64,000 nt of DNA from Octopus vulgaris (Eukaryota), in NCBI GenBank assembly GCA_951406725.2, contig OX597814.1, forward strand, positions 190,960,001-191,024,000, read 5' to 3'. Every line of letters begins with the position of its first letter. Positions within the stretch are counted from its first letter, which is position 1. Of this stretch, positions 23,165 to 35,789 are shown piece after piece. The translations under genes were made by a program, and so were the position numbers. The notes below the pieces were generated by a model that saw only the letters and a list, made by a program, of their open reading frames with translations, did not search any database and was not told the DNA's origin.

Positions 23165-23397
23165 TATTTCTTTACTACCCACAAGGGGCTAAACACCGAG
23201 GAGACAAACAAGGACAGACAAAGGGATTAAGTCGATTACATCGATCCCAGTGCGTAACTGGTACTTAATTTATCGACCCCGGAAGGATGAAAGGCAAAGT
23301 CGACCTCGGCGGAATTTGAACTCGGAACATAACGGCAGACGAAATACAGCAACGCATTTCACCCGGCGTGCTAACGTTTCTGCCAGCTCGCCGCCTT
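23165..23397 (-). mobile_element. SINE family B1, full length
   Basis: 17-bp TSD cattaggaatatatatg at 23148-23164 and 23398-23414. Confidence 0.95.
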
Positions 23398-24281
23398 CAT
23401 TAGGAATATATATGGCCTATCCTTTAAACAAACAATTCCATTACCTACATGACCAAATCAGTATTTGTGGTAGCAGTTCACTATTTTTTATGGTTGGTAA
23501 ATATCTGAAGAACAGCATTGATTTGTAAGAAAAGAATTCTCTCATTTGACTATAAAAGTTCATATGATACACTGATTGGAATTATGTAAATTTCTAATTA
23601 TCATAATGAAATCTTAGTAGTACCTTAAAACTTTCGGATACATGAAATCTCCCCCATCTCCATTAGTTCAAATTATCTAATATAATATTTCCTTAATTAC
23701 AATAGTACAATGTAATTTGAGAGAGATGTGGTTGCTATTATGAACAGATTGAGCTATCATTTAAAGGCTCCTCTATGGATCAATCAAAGAGCAGTTGAAA
23801 CTGCTGGATTACCTCATGTAATAATAGACTCAACCAGCTGTTGTCAATTAGCAAAACTGTCGTTCATAAAAAAAAGAACAAAACATAAAAAATATTCTGA
23901 AATACAACTATATGATCAACAACATGAAGATTAAGGTTGTCATTTAAAGATTTCATCACACATACACACACAAACGACTATCAAAGATGGTAGATAGAGA
24001 ATGCATCTCTGTTCTTCTGCTTTGTCAAACAATAACCAGCTCAAATTTTCACAAGAGAGGGGGGGATAGACAGAGAGAGAGAGATTGAGGTGGAGAGAGG
24101 GAGAGAGAGTGAAAGAAAGAGCAAGCGATGACTTAATTCTAGTCACCAGCACAACTATATTCTGGTATAATACTGCCATTCTTTCTTTCTTCCTGTTTCA
24201 CATCAAAATCTCATATTGAACTCCTACATACAGAGAGGAAATATGGAATAATAATAATGACACTACCACCACTACTACAGT

Positions 24282-24510
24282 AATAATAATAATAATTTTT
24301 TCTACTCTAGGCACAAGGCCCGAAATTTTGGGGAAGGGGACCAGTCGATTAAATCAACCCTAGTACACAACTGGTATTTATTTTATCGACCCTGAAAGGA
24401 TGAAAGGCAAAGTCGACCTCGGCAGAATTTGAACTCTGAACGTAAAGACAGACGATTACCGCTAAGCATTTTGCCCGCCGTGTTAACGTTTCTACCAGTT
24501 CACCGCCTTC
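24282..24510 (-). mobile_element. SINE family B2
   Basis: (AAT)n tail, ctctaggcacaaggcccgaaatttt, and the family-B head. Confidence 0.9.
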
Positions 24511-25025
24511 ATTATTATAATAATAATAATAATATCAACAACCAAGTATCAAAGCTTATAAGGTGTGGAAAGAGACCCCATGAGACCTCTGGCAGCAGGC
24601 TGCTGTCCACACTCACAGAATCTGCCAGAACAAGTAAGACTGGATGTTCTGAGAAGTAAAACAATAATAAGAAAAATAATGATGGTGATTTCTAACGTAA
24701 GAAAAGGTGATCCTACAAGTTTGAGTAAGCTATTGGGTGTAACTAAGCATGTTCCTATTTGATATTGATTTCTAATTTAGCTTCTTCTGCTGCAACATCC
24801 AACCAAACAATAAAGTAACATTGATGTACAACAGCTCAGCAGGTAGCTTACATTCCTCCCCTGTCAACAACAAACACCACATGACAACATGACAATAGTT
24901 TTGATACTTTTGAGTAAACCAAAAAGCTATCAAACATTTTTGTGACAATATTCCGGACAAAAAAAAAATGCTAGCTACAAACTTCTTTCCAAGATGACAG
25001 CCAAGCTTCTGAGAGCAAGGGTTTT

Positions 25026-25027
<2 letters not shown>

Positions 25028-25060
<33 letters not shown>

Positions 25061-25197
25061 ATATAGAGGGAGGTGTGGATGGAGTGGGGAGAAGGGGGAT
25101 GGGGAGAGTGGGGTGGAGAGAGAGGCAGAGATGGGGCAGATTGGGAGTGGAGAGAGGGAGATGGGTGAGGAGGGGTGTGATGGGGAGAGAGAGAGAG
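25028..25197. repeat. (GA)n / G-rich purine tract
   Basis: Read directly from the sequence. Confidence 0.9.
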
Positions 25198-25212
25198 CTT
25201 CTCGTTTTATAT

Positions 25213-25404
25213 TCTCTTCTACTCTAGGCACAAGGGCCAAAATTTTGGGGGCGGGGGTGAGACCAGTCAATTAAATCGACCCCAGTATGCAACTGCTACT
25301 TAATTTATCGACCCCATAAAGATGAAAGGCAAAGTCAACCTCGGCGGAATTTGAACCCAGAATGTAAAGACAGATGAAATACCGCTAAGCATTTCACCTG
25401 GCAT
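25213..25404 (-). mobile_element. SINE family B2, 5'-truncated
   Basis: 16-bp TSD gcttctcgttttatat at 25197-25212 and 25405-25420. Confidence 0.92.
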
Positions 25405-26275
25405 GCTTCTCGTTTTATATCAAACCAGAAATGCCTGTTGTCTTGGAAATAAAGCAATTGCAAACAGAGAAAGGAGGCATCTAGGTGTGCAGTTGCCACA
25501 TTTTTAAATACCTCATCTTATGATATATGAGACAGAGAGAGTAGAGAGGAAGTGGGGGAGATAGAGAAGAGAGGAGAAGAGGAAAGGAAGGAAGGAAGGG
25601 TGAGGGTAGGGAAGAAATTATAAGACAGAGTATGTAAAGGGTAGGCGAAAAGTTCCACCTATTATTGTGTTTCTAGGTTCATGTTTTCTAAAATACTTTA
25701 CTTGATTTGTATTTAACATTAAAAAAAAAAAAGAATGAAAGAAACCGTAGTAAATAACAGAAGATGTTTTGGCACCACCCAAAATATTTCAACATTCTTA
25801 TTCCAAAATTAACAGTCTGACAGCAGGCATTTACATTTACCTTATTTCAGAAGCTAATATTTACAAAATTATTTTCTTTCTGAACACACAAATAATGACT
25901 GCCATCATCATCACAGATAGAAAAAAGGAGGGGGGGAAATTGTTAAGAAATAATTCTTGATTTCGAGCATCTGATTTTAATTCTTTGAAATAAACTGTTC
26001 AACCAATGAATGTATGTATGTTTCAATAGAATTACTGCTAGAAACATACAAACAAGTCAATCAGTTGATGCTGAGACACTACAGCTAATTATTTTCGTTA
26101 TCAACCACATTCTGTATCCACACAAACAACATGAGGATGGCTTCTTCGACAAGGAATGAGACAATTGGGCATAGTTGTTTGGATGTTGATGATTTGGTAC
26201 GACTGACTGAACATTCAGTCTGCCTTCAATACCAAAAAGTCCCATTACCAAAACAGACGAATGTATACTCAGAAA

Positions 26276-26592
26276 TACAGAGAAGAGAGGAAGGAGATGG
26301 GAGAGAAAGGAGAGGGGAGAGAAAGGAAAGAGACAGAAGACAAGGGAGAGAGATGGGGGAGAAGCAGTAGAGAGATGGGAGAGAAAGGAGAGAGACAGGT
26401 CAGAAAGAAGATGAGAGGAGAGGGAGAACAAGGAGATAAAGAGAAAAGAGAGGGGGAGAAAGAGAGATAGAGAGGGAAAGGGAGGGAGAAAGAGAGGGGA
26501 GAGAGAGAAAGATAAGGAAGAGAAAGAGAGAGGGAGAGGAAGAGAAAGAGAGAGGGAGAGAAAGAGAAAGATAGGGGAGAATAGGAGAGATA
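26276..26592. repeat. Long GA-rich low-complexity purine tract
   Basis: Read directly. It is the source of several spurious S/L/F-rich and E/R/G-rich ORFs. Confidence 0.92.
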
Positions 26593-27175
26593 GGACCATT
26601 ACAAATGAACATAATTGGCATAAAACACTTTAAAGCACACAAAGAGAAATCTACCTTAAAAAGAAAAATCCCCCTGACCCATGCCAGCATTAAAAATTGG
26701 AGAGTTAGTTGATATAGTACTTGACCAGTACTTTATTCTACTGACATTGTAAAGATGAAATGCAACAATGACTTTAGTGGGATTTGAACTCAGAACTTAA
26801 AGAGCCAAAAGAAATACACTGATGCTCTAATGATTCTAATGTTTCTAATCTAGGAACATGGCAATCAATTTTCAAGAGAAGGGAGTTAATTGATTAACTC
26901 AATGCCAGCGCTAGACTGGTACTTCCTCAACCCGGAGAGTTGAAGGACAAAGGTGATCTCAACAGATTTTCATCTAAGAAGAGCAGGGATGATCACAATG
27001 ATGATGATGGTAATATCATTTCATGACAATCTATAAAGTGCCATTGTTTATATCCAATGTGATATTTGCTAATCAAAATGGTAATGAAAGTGAGAGCCAT
27101 ACCCACAAAACTTAATTTATGAGAATGATAACAGGGATCATCAGTAGTCCACCAATTCTGATGGCTACCTAATGT

Positions 27176-27212
<37 letters not shown>

Positions 27213-27216
<4 letters not shown>

Positions 27217-27520
27217 CGTCGTCATATTCACTGTGGTTGTATTTTTGACCATATTGCATGAGGAGTTTTAGGCGGGCAATTTAAACTGGTTGTGTGCTTA
27301 GGTGCATATATATGTATGTATACATTCGTGTATGTAAGTATTTATATGTTATATATATTTTATATTTATGTGCTATCTGAGTATATTCCACTGATGAGGC
27401 AAAGCATTTCTTATACAGAGTCAGAAATCCGGGATCTGAAATTATCCAGTAATTTTTTGCTAGTTTATTTTGTCTTTTTGTCTTCTCTCCTGGTGCTGTA
27501 TGAACATTTAATGTGGTTTT
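27213..27520 (+). mobile_element. Probable PLE 3' terminal fragment with a hammerhead motif, between (TA)n tracts
   Basis: (TA)n at 27179-27212 and 27584-27629. CTGATGA...GAAATCCGGGATC core at 27391-27436. Confidence 0.55.
27385..27442 (+). ncRNA. Type I hammerhead ribozyme-like motif (degenerate)
   Basis: ATTCCA-CTGATGA-GGC..GTC-A-GAAA-TCCGGGA-TC-TGAAAT. Stem I pairs 5/6, stem III is near-palindromic, cleavage triplet AUC. Confidence 0.55.
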
Positions 27521-27579
27521 AGAGTCAAGTTTTGGCTGCTATTTCCAGCGTGGTAGTATCTCTTAGATATCCTAAATTA

Positions 27580-27631
<52 letters not shown>

Positions 27632-28819
27632 CAAATTATTTTATATTCCCTTTGCTGTGCAAATAAGGCTGGGATGGTTTATTGCAATAATTGTTTTTGC
27701 AAGTGGAAGTCTAAGCATCAGGAATTGGTACCAAGTAGAAATGGTAGTGGCATAATGAATATTTGGAAAAGGTCACTGGAAATAAAGGCTTTGTCAATGA
27801 AATGAAGAATTCTATTTTGCAAATTGTAAACTGCCAGTATTAAGAATCTATATTAGAGCATATGATGTTGCCACTGAGAAAGTTGGCAATGGTGTTGGTG
27901 ATGATGCTAAAATACCAGTTCAGCTCTGCTCAAGCAAACTTATGATCAAAATCGTTCCAGCCATGACTGTCCTGTCTTTTTCCCCAGACAGTTTATACAA
28001 GACTATATTATTCTATGTGTTCTTTTCTAAGGTGGTAAGATGAGATTTGAGGGAAATTAGGTTGCTACTTCTCATAAGTAGAAGAGGGTTGGTAACAATG
28101 GCAATGGTGATGGTTAACAATGGTAATGACAACAATAATGGTGATGATCTTGATGCTTTTAACAAAGACAATAATGACAACACTACAATGATAACAGTAT
28201 TTTAAATTTGCTTTTAAGATCTTAGATAATTTCTTTTAAGTTGATAAAAAAAAATGATGACACATTATGAGATGAGACAATCAGACAGTGTAATAAGAGT
28301 CATTAGGTAAATCTATTTTATTCAAATAAATGTAAGATGTTTTAAAATGCTGCACTTCTTAGCATCTCTATTTCGAAAAAAAAATGTAAAAACAGCTGAA
28401 ACAAAGCATTTTTATAACACATTTTCTTAATAGCTTTGTTGCTTATAGGTTTCCAATGGACCAAATAGATTTACTGTATTTCCAATGGTAAGAAAGACAA
28501 GCAAGTGCTTGTACAACTCAGATGGAATGGTTATAGAGTATTTGTTTGATGCACCAATTTAATCAGTTTTATTGCCTATGTGCACATTTTTTACCCTCTC
28601 ACCTCCATAGACATACACAAACCTCTGTAGTTTCTATCAATGAAATTCCACTCTCAAGGTATTGATCAACTTCAAGCTATGGTAGGAGACATACCCAAGG
28701 TGTGTGTAATCAGATAAAAATATAGAATGACATGACTCCAAAGCAAACTTCTTGAACCACACAGGCCATGCACATACTCTGTGACAAGATGTTTGAAGTT
28801 ATGTAATAAAATCTCTTTA

Positions 28820-29200
28820 CATCACTGATTTAACATCCACTTATTTGTGCTTGCATAAGTCAGATGGAATTCACTGAGGTAGCTATTCTACAACCTTTCC
28901 TGTTGTCAGCCCTCAGTTGTTCCAGCTAAGAAAATATTTCTACATAACCAAACATAGAAATGAATGACAGCTTGCATGAAAATGACATTCTTTTACAACT
29001 ATCACATGCTGTGAAGATGAGAAGGCATAAATGCACACACATGTACATTATAGGCTTCTTTCATGTTCTTTCCACCAAATCCTTTTACAAGGTTTTGGTT
29101 AGCACAGGACTATAGTAGAAGACACTTGTCCAAGGTGCCTCACAGTAGGATAGAACCTGAAACACTGTTTGGGAAGCAAACTCCTTAACCACATGGCCAT
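28820..29200 (-). mobile_element. SINE family F, old
   Basis: RTE-type tail remnant and family-A head (ctatagtagaagacacttgtccaaggtgcc). Confidence 0.65.
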
Positions 29201-31051
29201 ACCTTACTCTGTGCAAGCAAAAAAAAAACCTTTATATGGACACTCAGCCTACTAGAAATAGTTGCCAAATCTACCTCACTCTACTGTCTGAAGTCATACA
29301 CATCCCTAAGTTAAGGAGAGATTCATTTGCTAATGAGTTTATTTAGCCAGGGTTGACCAGGGGCTGTACAATAAACAACATGACAGTGTTTTCAACTAGA
29401 ATATTTTATAAGTTTAGAAACCTTTATAAATTTACTGTTATTTATTAAAATATTTTGGGTTTTAACACCATGGCAATATATTGCATAAGTGACTGACATC
29501 ACAACATTTCCCCTGAATGGAATGCCGCTCCTTTGCAGTGTTTAAGGCCAGCAATTCTGAGGGAGAAGGCAAGTCAATTACGTCGACTCCAGTACATGAC
29601 AGGTACATTATTTTATTAACCCTGAATGGCAAAGCTGACCTCAGCAGGATTTGAATTTAAAATGCTGGTTAGATTTGGAAGAAATGCTACTGAAATACTG
29701 ATTCTGCTAACTAATTGCATTAAATTAATTATTACTGGAATTCATTTTCAGCATCTAATTTGTGCTGTGCTTTACCATAATAGAATTAAATATTTTAAAA
29801 CTGCATACAAATGCTAAGTCTGAATATATTAAGTAACTGCTTTTTCATGCAGCATCTTGGAAAAAAATAAAATACTTTTATTTTTTTCTACAAAAGATAC
29901 ATTAAAATATTTTATGTACGAAAAATTAAATTGCTTAAACAATACTTCACATTTCCATTGTTTAATCACTAAATTGTCTGCATTGTTAAAATAGATAATT
30001 AGAACTAGTTGCATAATATGTATGATAGTTAATAGCAGAAGGAATGTAAGGAAAAGAATTAATAACTTAATGATTTGTTCAGTTAAAAAAAAGTAAAAAA
30101 ACAAAACAAAGTACATACTGTTTAATGAAACTTAATAGATCTATTTGCTAGATGCATATTAAAAGTGATTACATGATTTTTTTTGATTTTTTTTGCAAAT
30201 ACATTTCAGATAAAGTATATAAAACAGAATTTATTATCATTCCTCCCAAACCACCTCACTCCACCCCCCCAAGAAACCTCACCATACTTTTACGAAACGT
30301 TATCAGAAAGGAAAAATTGATTCTGAATTAGAATCCCAATTATCTTTCTAACTTTGTTAAAACTATGTAATCTAATATCAGAAATTAAGGAAGTTTTATA
30401 CATGTTATTTATCATCAATTGTTGTGAATTTTCCATTTATATAATTAGATTTCAATGTTGTTAAATACCAATTAAACAGCTGTTCCTTGTTACTGGAAGG
30501 AAAATGCTTAACTGGAATAAGTAAAGAGAATCACTTTGGCTTGAGAGTTGAAATTAGTCAAACCTCTTCCAGCTTCACAAAACCCAAGCCAATTATCATT
30601 GAATTAGTCATAATAAGAATGAGTTAAAAAGTTTTATAACTGCAGATTAAAATTCTGGAATGTGTATACAGAGAGCATTAAAAGTATTTATTCACTGCGG
30701 ATCTATTCCGATAAAGCTAACAAGTTTCATTGGTCCTACACTAACATATGCACCTACCTACCTACTGATTTCATAGTCACTGCACTACTTGCACATATGT
30801 TGCTTGCATCATGAGAAGAATAGTAATTATGTTAGAAGAGTAATAATTTCAGATGACAACTCAATTACACAATGAACAATGTCACAGTCTCAATGTACAT
30901 ATATAACCTTTCATTCATTCACTCTTCCTACAGTGAACTACATAAGAGAGTAGAGTTACAGACTTATTTCATTTTTAATTAATTCCTTTATGCTGTGCTA
31001 TATATGCACAGACATACATTTATTTATTTCTGCATTCTAATCTTTGTGTTA

Positions 31052-31720
31052 CAGGTGCAGGCATGGCTGCAGGGTAAGAGGTTTGCTTCTCAACCACATG
31101 GTGCCAGGTTTGGCCTTGACACCTTGGGCAACTGTCTGCTTCTATAGCCTTGGGTGACCAAAACCTTGAGAGTGGATTTGGTAGACAGAAACTGAAAGAA
31201 GCCCATCATCTACTCGTATGCATTTATATATGCATTTTTGTGTCTGTAAGGCAGTGAGCTGGCAGAAACGTTAGCACGCCAGGCAAAATGCATAGCCGTA
31301 TTTCGTCTGCCATTATGTTCTGGGTTCAAATTCCGCCGAGGTTGACTTTACCTTTCTTCCTTTCGGGATCGATAAATTAAGTACCAGTTACGCACTGGGG
31401 TCGATGTAATCGACTTAATCCGTTTGTCTGTCCTTGTTTGTCCCCTCTGTGTTTAGCCCCTTGTGGGCAGTAAAGAAATATATATGCATCTTTGTGTCTG
31501 TGTTTGTCCCCCATCACAGCTTGATAACTGGTGCTGGTGTGTTCACAGCCCTGTAACTTAGTGATTTGGCCAGAATGACTGATAGAGCAAGTACTAAGCA
31601 CCCACACACACACACACTCCCAAAAAAGTATTGGGGTTGATTCATTATATTAAAATCTCTTCAAAGCAGTGCTCCAGCATGGCCACAGTCTGAAAACTGA
31701 AGCAAGTAGAGGATAAAAGA
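31052..31720 (+). mobile_element. SINE family A with a nested B1 (31248-31478)
   Basis: The B1 copy is flanked by a roughly 23-bp TSD tatatatgcat(t/c)tttgtgtctgt at 31225-31247 and 31479-31501. Confidence 0.92.
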
Positions 31721-32739
31721 CTACCTCCTTAGTAAACCAATCACCAGTATTATGCACAGTGACGGGCAAGGCTAGACTTCCATTGACTGAACTACAACAA
31801 ATAAGTATGTTTAGAGTTGCCTATTGTAGTTGTCCATTGAAAACAACTAAAGACAAGTCACTGACTAATAATATTTTATTTTGATTTTTTTTTTTAAATC
31901 CTACTTTAGCTTTTTAATGTTTAAAGAGTCAAATATGTTTCCACCCACTTTATACAATTGTTACCTAGTTTGAAAACCAGGATAATAAAGTGAGCAATGG
32001 TGGGGATAAAAATTTTATAACCAATCAACCAGTTTCAAATTATTTATGAAATGACTGGATAGTCTTCACTATTACTACTAGCACAATCCAACATGGACAG
32101 AAGTGTTTTATAACACACTTGTACACTCTTAAACCTAATGGAACAATGAATAGCTTATTTTATGTGTAAATGAAAGCTATAATGGTATGCATATTACAAA
32201 ATATGGAAAGAAGTCAAAACAAAGGACTTGCTATAATGATATGCATATTACAGAATATGGGAAGACTTGCTACAATGAAAGAAAATAAGCTAGTCCCGAC
32301 ATACGTTACAATTAATAAAAAAAAAGCTGTAACTGATACGTACAAGAGAGACAACTGTGCTGTTATGAGTATACTGCAAATAATGGGATAGTTCAGTGAG
32401 ACCAAGTAGAAGATAAACAAAGAAGTAAAACAAACAAACAAGGGATGTGGTAGTTAAATTGAGGTTTAGTTCAGGATTCAGACAAGCCTTGGCGAATGTT
32501 ACCATATTTCAGTCATTCAATCAACACCAGCATATTTGTGTAGCTGATCATGTTAATGATGATAATTATAAAAGGAAAGCATAGCATTTGTACAGCAATG
32601 TTTTAAATTGTATCTGACACAATCCAGTTCTACAACTCCATTGCTCCTTATAAAACTACTTAGGCTGTTCTCTCTCATCTTTTCCCCACAATGCAGCTAA
32701 TTTACTTCAGCCAGTGTTGAAGTAATTTCAAGTACTTTT

Positions 32740-33100
32740 TTTTACTTGTTTCAGTCATTGGACTGCAGCCAAGCCGGAATATGGTCTTGAAGGGGTTAGT
32801 CATAAAAATAAACCTTGGTACTTAATGTGTAAGCCAGGTTCTTACGCTATCGGTCTCTATTGCCAAGCCTTAAGTTGCAGAGATGTAAACAAACCAATAA
32901 GTGGTTGGTGGGATGGAACAATACAAAGTTACACACACACACACACACACACACTACAGGCTTCTTTCAGTTTCCATCTTTCAAATCCACTCATAAGGCA
33001 TTGGTTGACCCAAGGCTACAGTAGAACATATTTGTCCAAGGTATCACATAGTAGGACTGAACCTAGAACCATGTGGTTGGGAAGCAAATTTTCTAACACC
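32740..33100 (-). mobile_element. SINE family A, diverged
   Basis: Tail, (CA)n linker and head are recognisable. Confidence 0.8.
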
Positions 33101-33269
33101 TAGCTAAGGAAAAATTTTAAACAAAATATTTAATGAATAACAATTAAAAAAATAGCATCAAAGAAAATCATTAATGCAGAGTCAATCTTAATTTAAAATA
33201 CCGTATTTAAACAAGTATAAGGAAACCCCTAATTCTGGGGGCTTAAATTTGGAAAAAAGTTTTGTAAGG

Positions 33270-33490
33270 GATGTGTATATGTTTGTGTGTCTGTGTTTGT
33301 CCCCCCAACATCGCTTGACAACCAATGCTGGTGTGTTTACGTCCCCGTAACTTAGCGGTTCGGCAAAAGAGACCAATAGAATAAGTACTAGGCTTGCAAA
33401 GAATAAGTCCTGGGGTTGATTTGCTCGACTAAAAGGTGGTACTCCAGCATGGCCACAGTCAAATGACTGAAACAAGTAAGAGACTAAAGA
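33270..33490 (+). mobile_element. SINE family A, 3' half
   Basis: High identity to 11340-11530. Confidence 0.9.
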
Positions 33491-33869
33491 GATTAGCTAA
33501 ATTATAAATGGAGAAGAGAGAGTTGGCGACAGTAGACCCTTAGATTTCTGAATTGGAGACGGTGTACTGATTCCACAGTTCTGAATAGTAGTAGTAATAG
33601 TAGTAGCCAATGTTACTCATAGCTCTTCTGTCAGTTGTTACAAAGTTGATACTTAAATAACATCATAAATTTTCAGAGTATCTTTTATCTTTAACTTGTT
33701 GCAGTCATGCTGGGGGGATTGCCTTCAAGGACTTTTGTGCAATGAATCAACCCCGATACTTTTTTTTTCTTTAATGCCTGGTATTTTTTCTATCAGCCTC
33801 TTTTGCCATGTAGCTAAGTTATGGAGATGTAAACACACCAACACTGGTAGTCAAGCAGTGATGGACACA

Positions 33870-33900
<31 letters not shown>

Positions 33901-33904
<4 letters not shown>

Positions 33905-34097
33905 TAATCCAAACATGAAAACTCAACAACGTGAGGACATGGAACAAATATAGTATTATTGGACGCTCAGGAAGGAAGGAAAGAAGGAGGGTTTTACGTT
34001 TCGAGCGGAGCTCTTCGTCAGAAACATAAGAAAAGGAAAGATCCAAAGAAGGGAAGATGGAGGGGGAAAAAATCGCCAACGGTACACACGCGGTCAC
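33901..34097 (-). mobile_element. PLE-like terminal fragment carrying a minimal hammerhead
   Basis: Not part of the other family-A copies. Its 3' end (minus strand) abuts (TA)n, and it contains the hammerhead at 33991-34025. Confidence 0.7.
33991..34025 (-). ncRNA. Minimal type I hammerhead ribozyme motif
   Basis: Minus strand GUUU-CUGACGA-A-GAGC-UCC-GCUC-GAAA-CG-UA-AAAC. Intact core, stems I and II, palindromic ACGU stem III, GUA cleavage triplet. Confidence 0.8.
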
Positions 34098-35789
34098 ACA
34101 CACGACAGGCTTCTTACAGTTTCTGTCTATCAAATCCACTCACAAGGCTTTGGTTGGACCAAGAATATAGTAGAAGACACTTGCCCAAAATGCCACACAG
34201 TGGGACTGAACCCAGAACCATTTGGTTGGGAAGCAAACTTTTTATCCTACAGCCACATCTGTGCCTATGCATCAAAATCTAATGTTTTAGTACAATGCCT
34301 GTGCTCATCTCTGTTGTGCATGTATGTATGGATGTATATGTGTAAGGAAGCATGTATGCATATACAAGTGTGTAAATGGTTGCATGTATATGCCTGTGTG
34401 TCAGTTGGTGAGAAATATCAGTCATGGAAAATAAGGAAAGAAAGACCATGGAACCAAGCTTCTACACTGACAAAAATGAATTTCTTTAATACAGAGATGA
34501 TTGCAAATTATGCAGCTGAAGATGAAAAAGAGAGAATTCACAGAAGCTTCTAGTGCAATATGATTAGCAAAAGTAAAGATCTTATGCTTGGAAAGACAAA
34601 TATATTGGCAAAGCTCAAGAGAATCTTTAAATGATTCTTGATGAAAATCTGCAGAACTTTTGAAGAATTCCAGAAATTTATCAAGGGTAATGCTGTGCAG
34701 TAAATTATAAAGGATATGAAAGCTGTCCAATAATAAAGAATATAGTAATGGAGTGGCGACCAAGGGAATAGAAAGAAAACAAGACTGATTCTTGAAACAG
34801 TTTGCTATCTCATTCATTAGTACTTTGAGACTGTACAGCTAAAAGCTAAGCGGAAAAGCAATTTCATATTTACTTTACAAAAAGTTTTCTGTTTTGTATT
34901 CCCAATCTTAATCTGTGAATGAGTTTGAGTTAATGATCAATAAAACAGGGATTTAAACTTAATAGTTGATTTATCAATTTGTATCAATTTGTTTTAGAAG
35001 CTGTTTATCTATGACCAAGACACATATTTTGTAGGGGTATGGCTGTGTGGTTGAGAAGATTGCTTTCCAGCCAAGTGATTTCAGGTTCAGTTCCATTGCA
35101 TGTCACTGTGAGCAAATGTCTTCTACTGTAACCCAGGGCCAACCAAAGCCTTGTGAGTGGATTTGATAGATAGAAACTGAAAGAAGCCCATTTTGTGTGT
35201 GTGTGTGTGTAATATATGAGTGTGTATGTGAGTGATTGCGCATGACCTTGCAGGTGGGACCCAGTTAGAATTTTCATCAGGTCAAGTAGGCCATCCTGCA
35301 CAAAAGATCCCTGAATAAGGATTGTTTAGCCATATAGAACAAAACACCAATCTTTCCAAAGGTGAATTATCCAATATTATTATTCACCGATACATTTGGA
35401 ATCATGTCCTTGTCTTTTTGGTTACAGTACACTTCAGTCTTCTTTGGGTACCAGTTGTTTTCTCTAATATTCTGTCACAAGAGAAAGGCAATACTTGAAA
35501 TGCTAAAGCAATAATTAACACACAAGTCTCCAATACAATGTAAACCACAACATACTGCAAAGTAATATGATCTTCTTAATGACAATCTAAAATATTCTTC
35601 AAGTGGTTGAGATCTAAAGAAAATTTTAATGTAAAAAATAGCAGCCACACTTAATATTACGTCAGTCAATGTCAAAGTCCACATTTTTTTTAACAAAATA
35701 GAAAAAGAAAGAAAAGCTATTCTTCACAAAAATACTTGTTTCTTGAACTAAATGTCTGAGATCAGTTATTAAGATTATAATTTTTGCAC

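Larger units (their letters stand above)
33681..34266 (-). mobile_element. SINE family A with a foreign insert of about 200 bp in its microsatellite linker
   Basis: Tail at 33681-33870, (TA)n, insert at 33901-34097, head at 34100-34266. Confidence 0.88.

Noticed and set aside
26057-26690. Long S/L/F-rich and E/R/G-rich ORFs
   Set aside because: Translation of a GA low-complexity tract.
34400-34850. Coding-like non-repetitive stretch with a 131-aa minus-strand ORF
   Set aside because: No recognisable motif or splice context. It may be an old TE relic but I cannot support a call.
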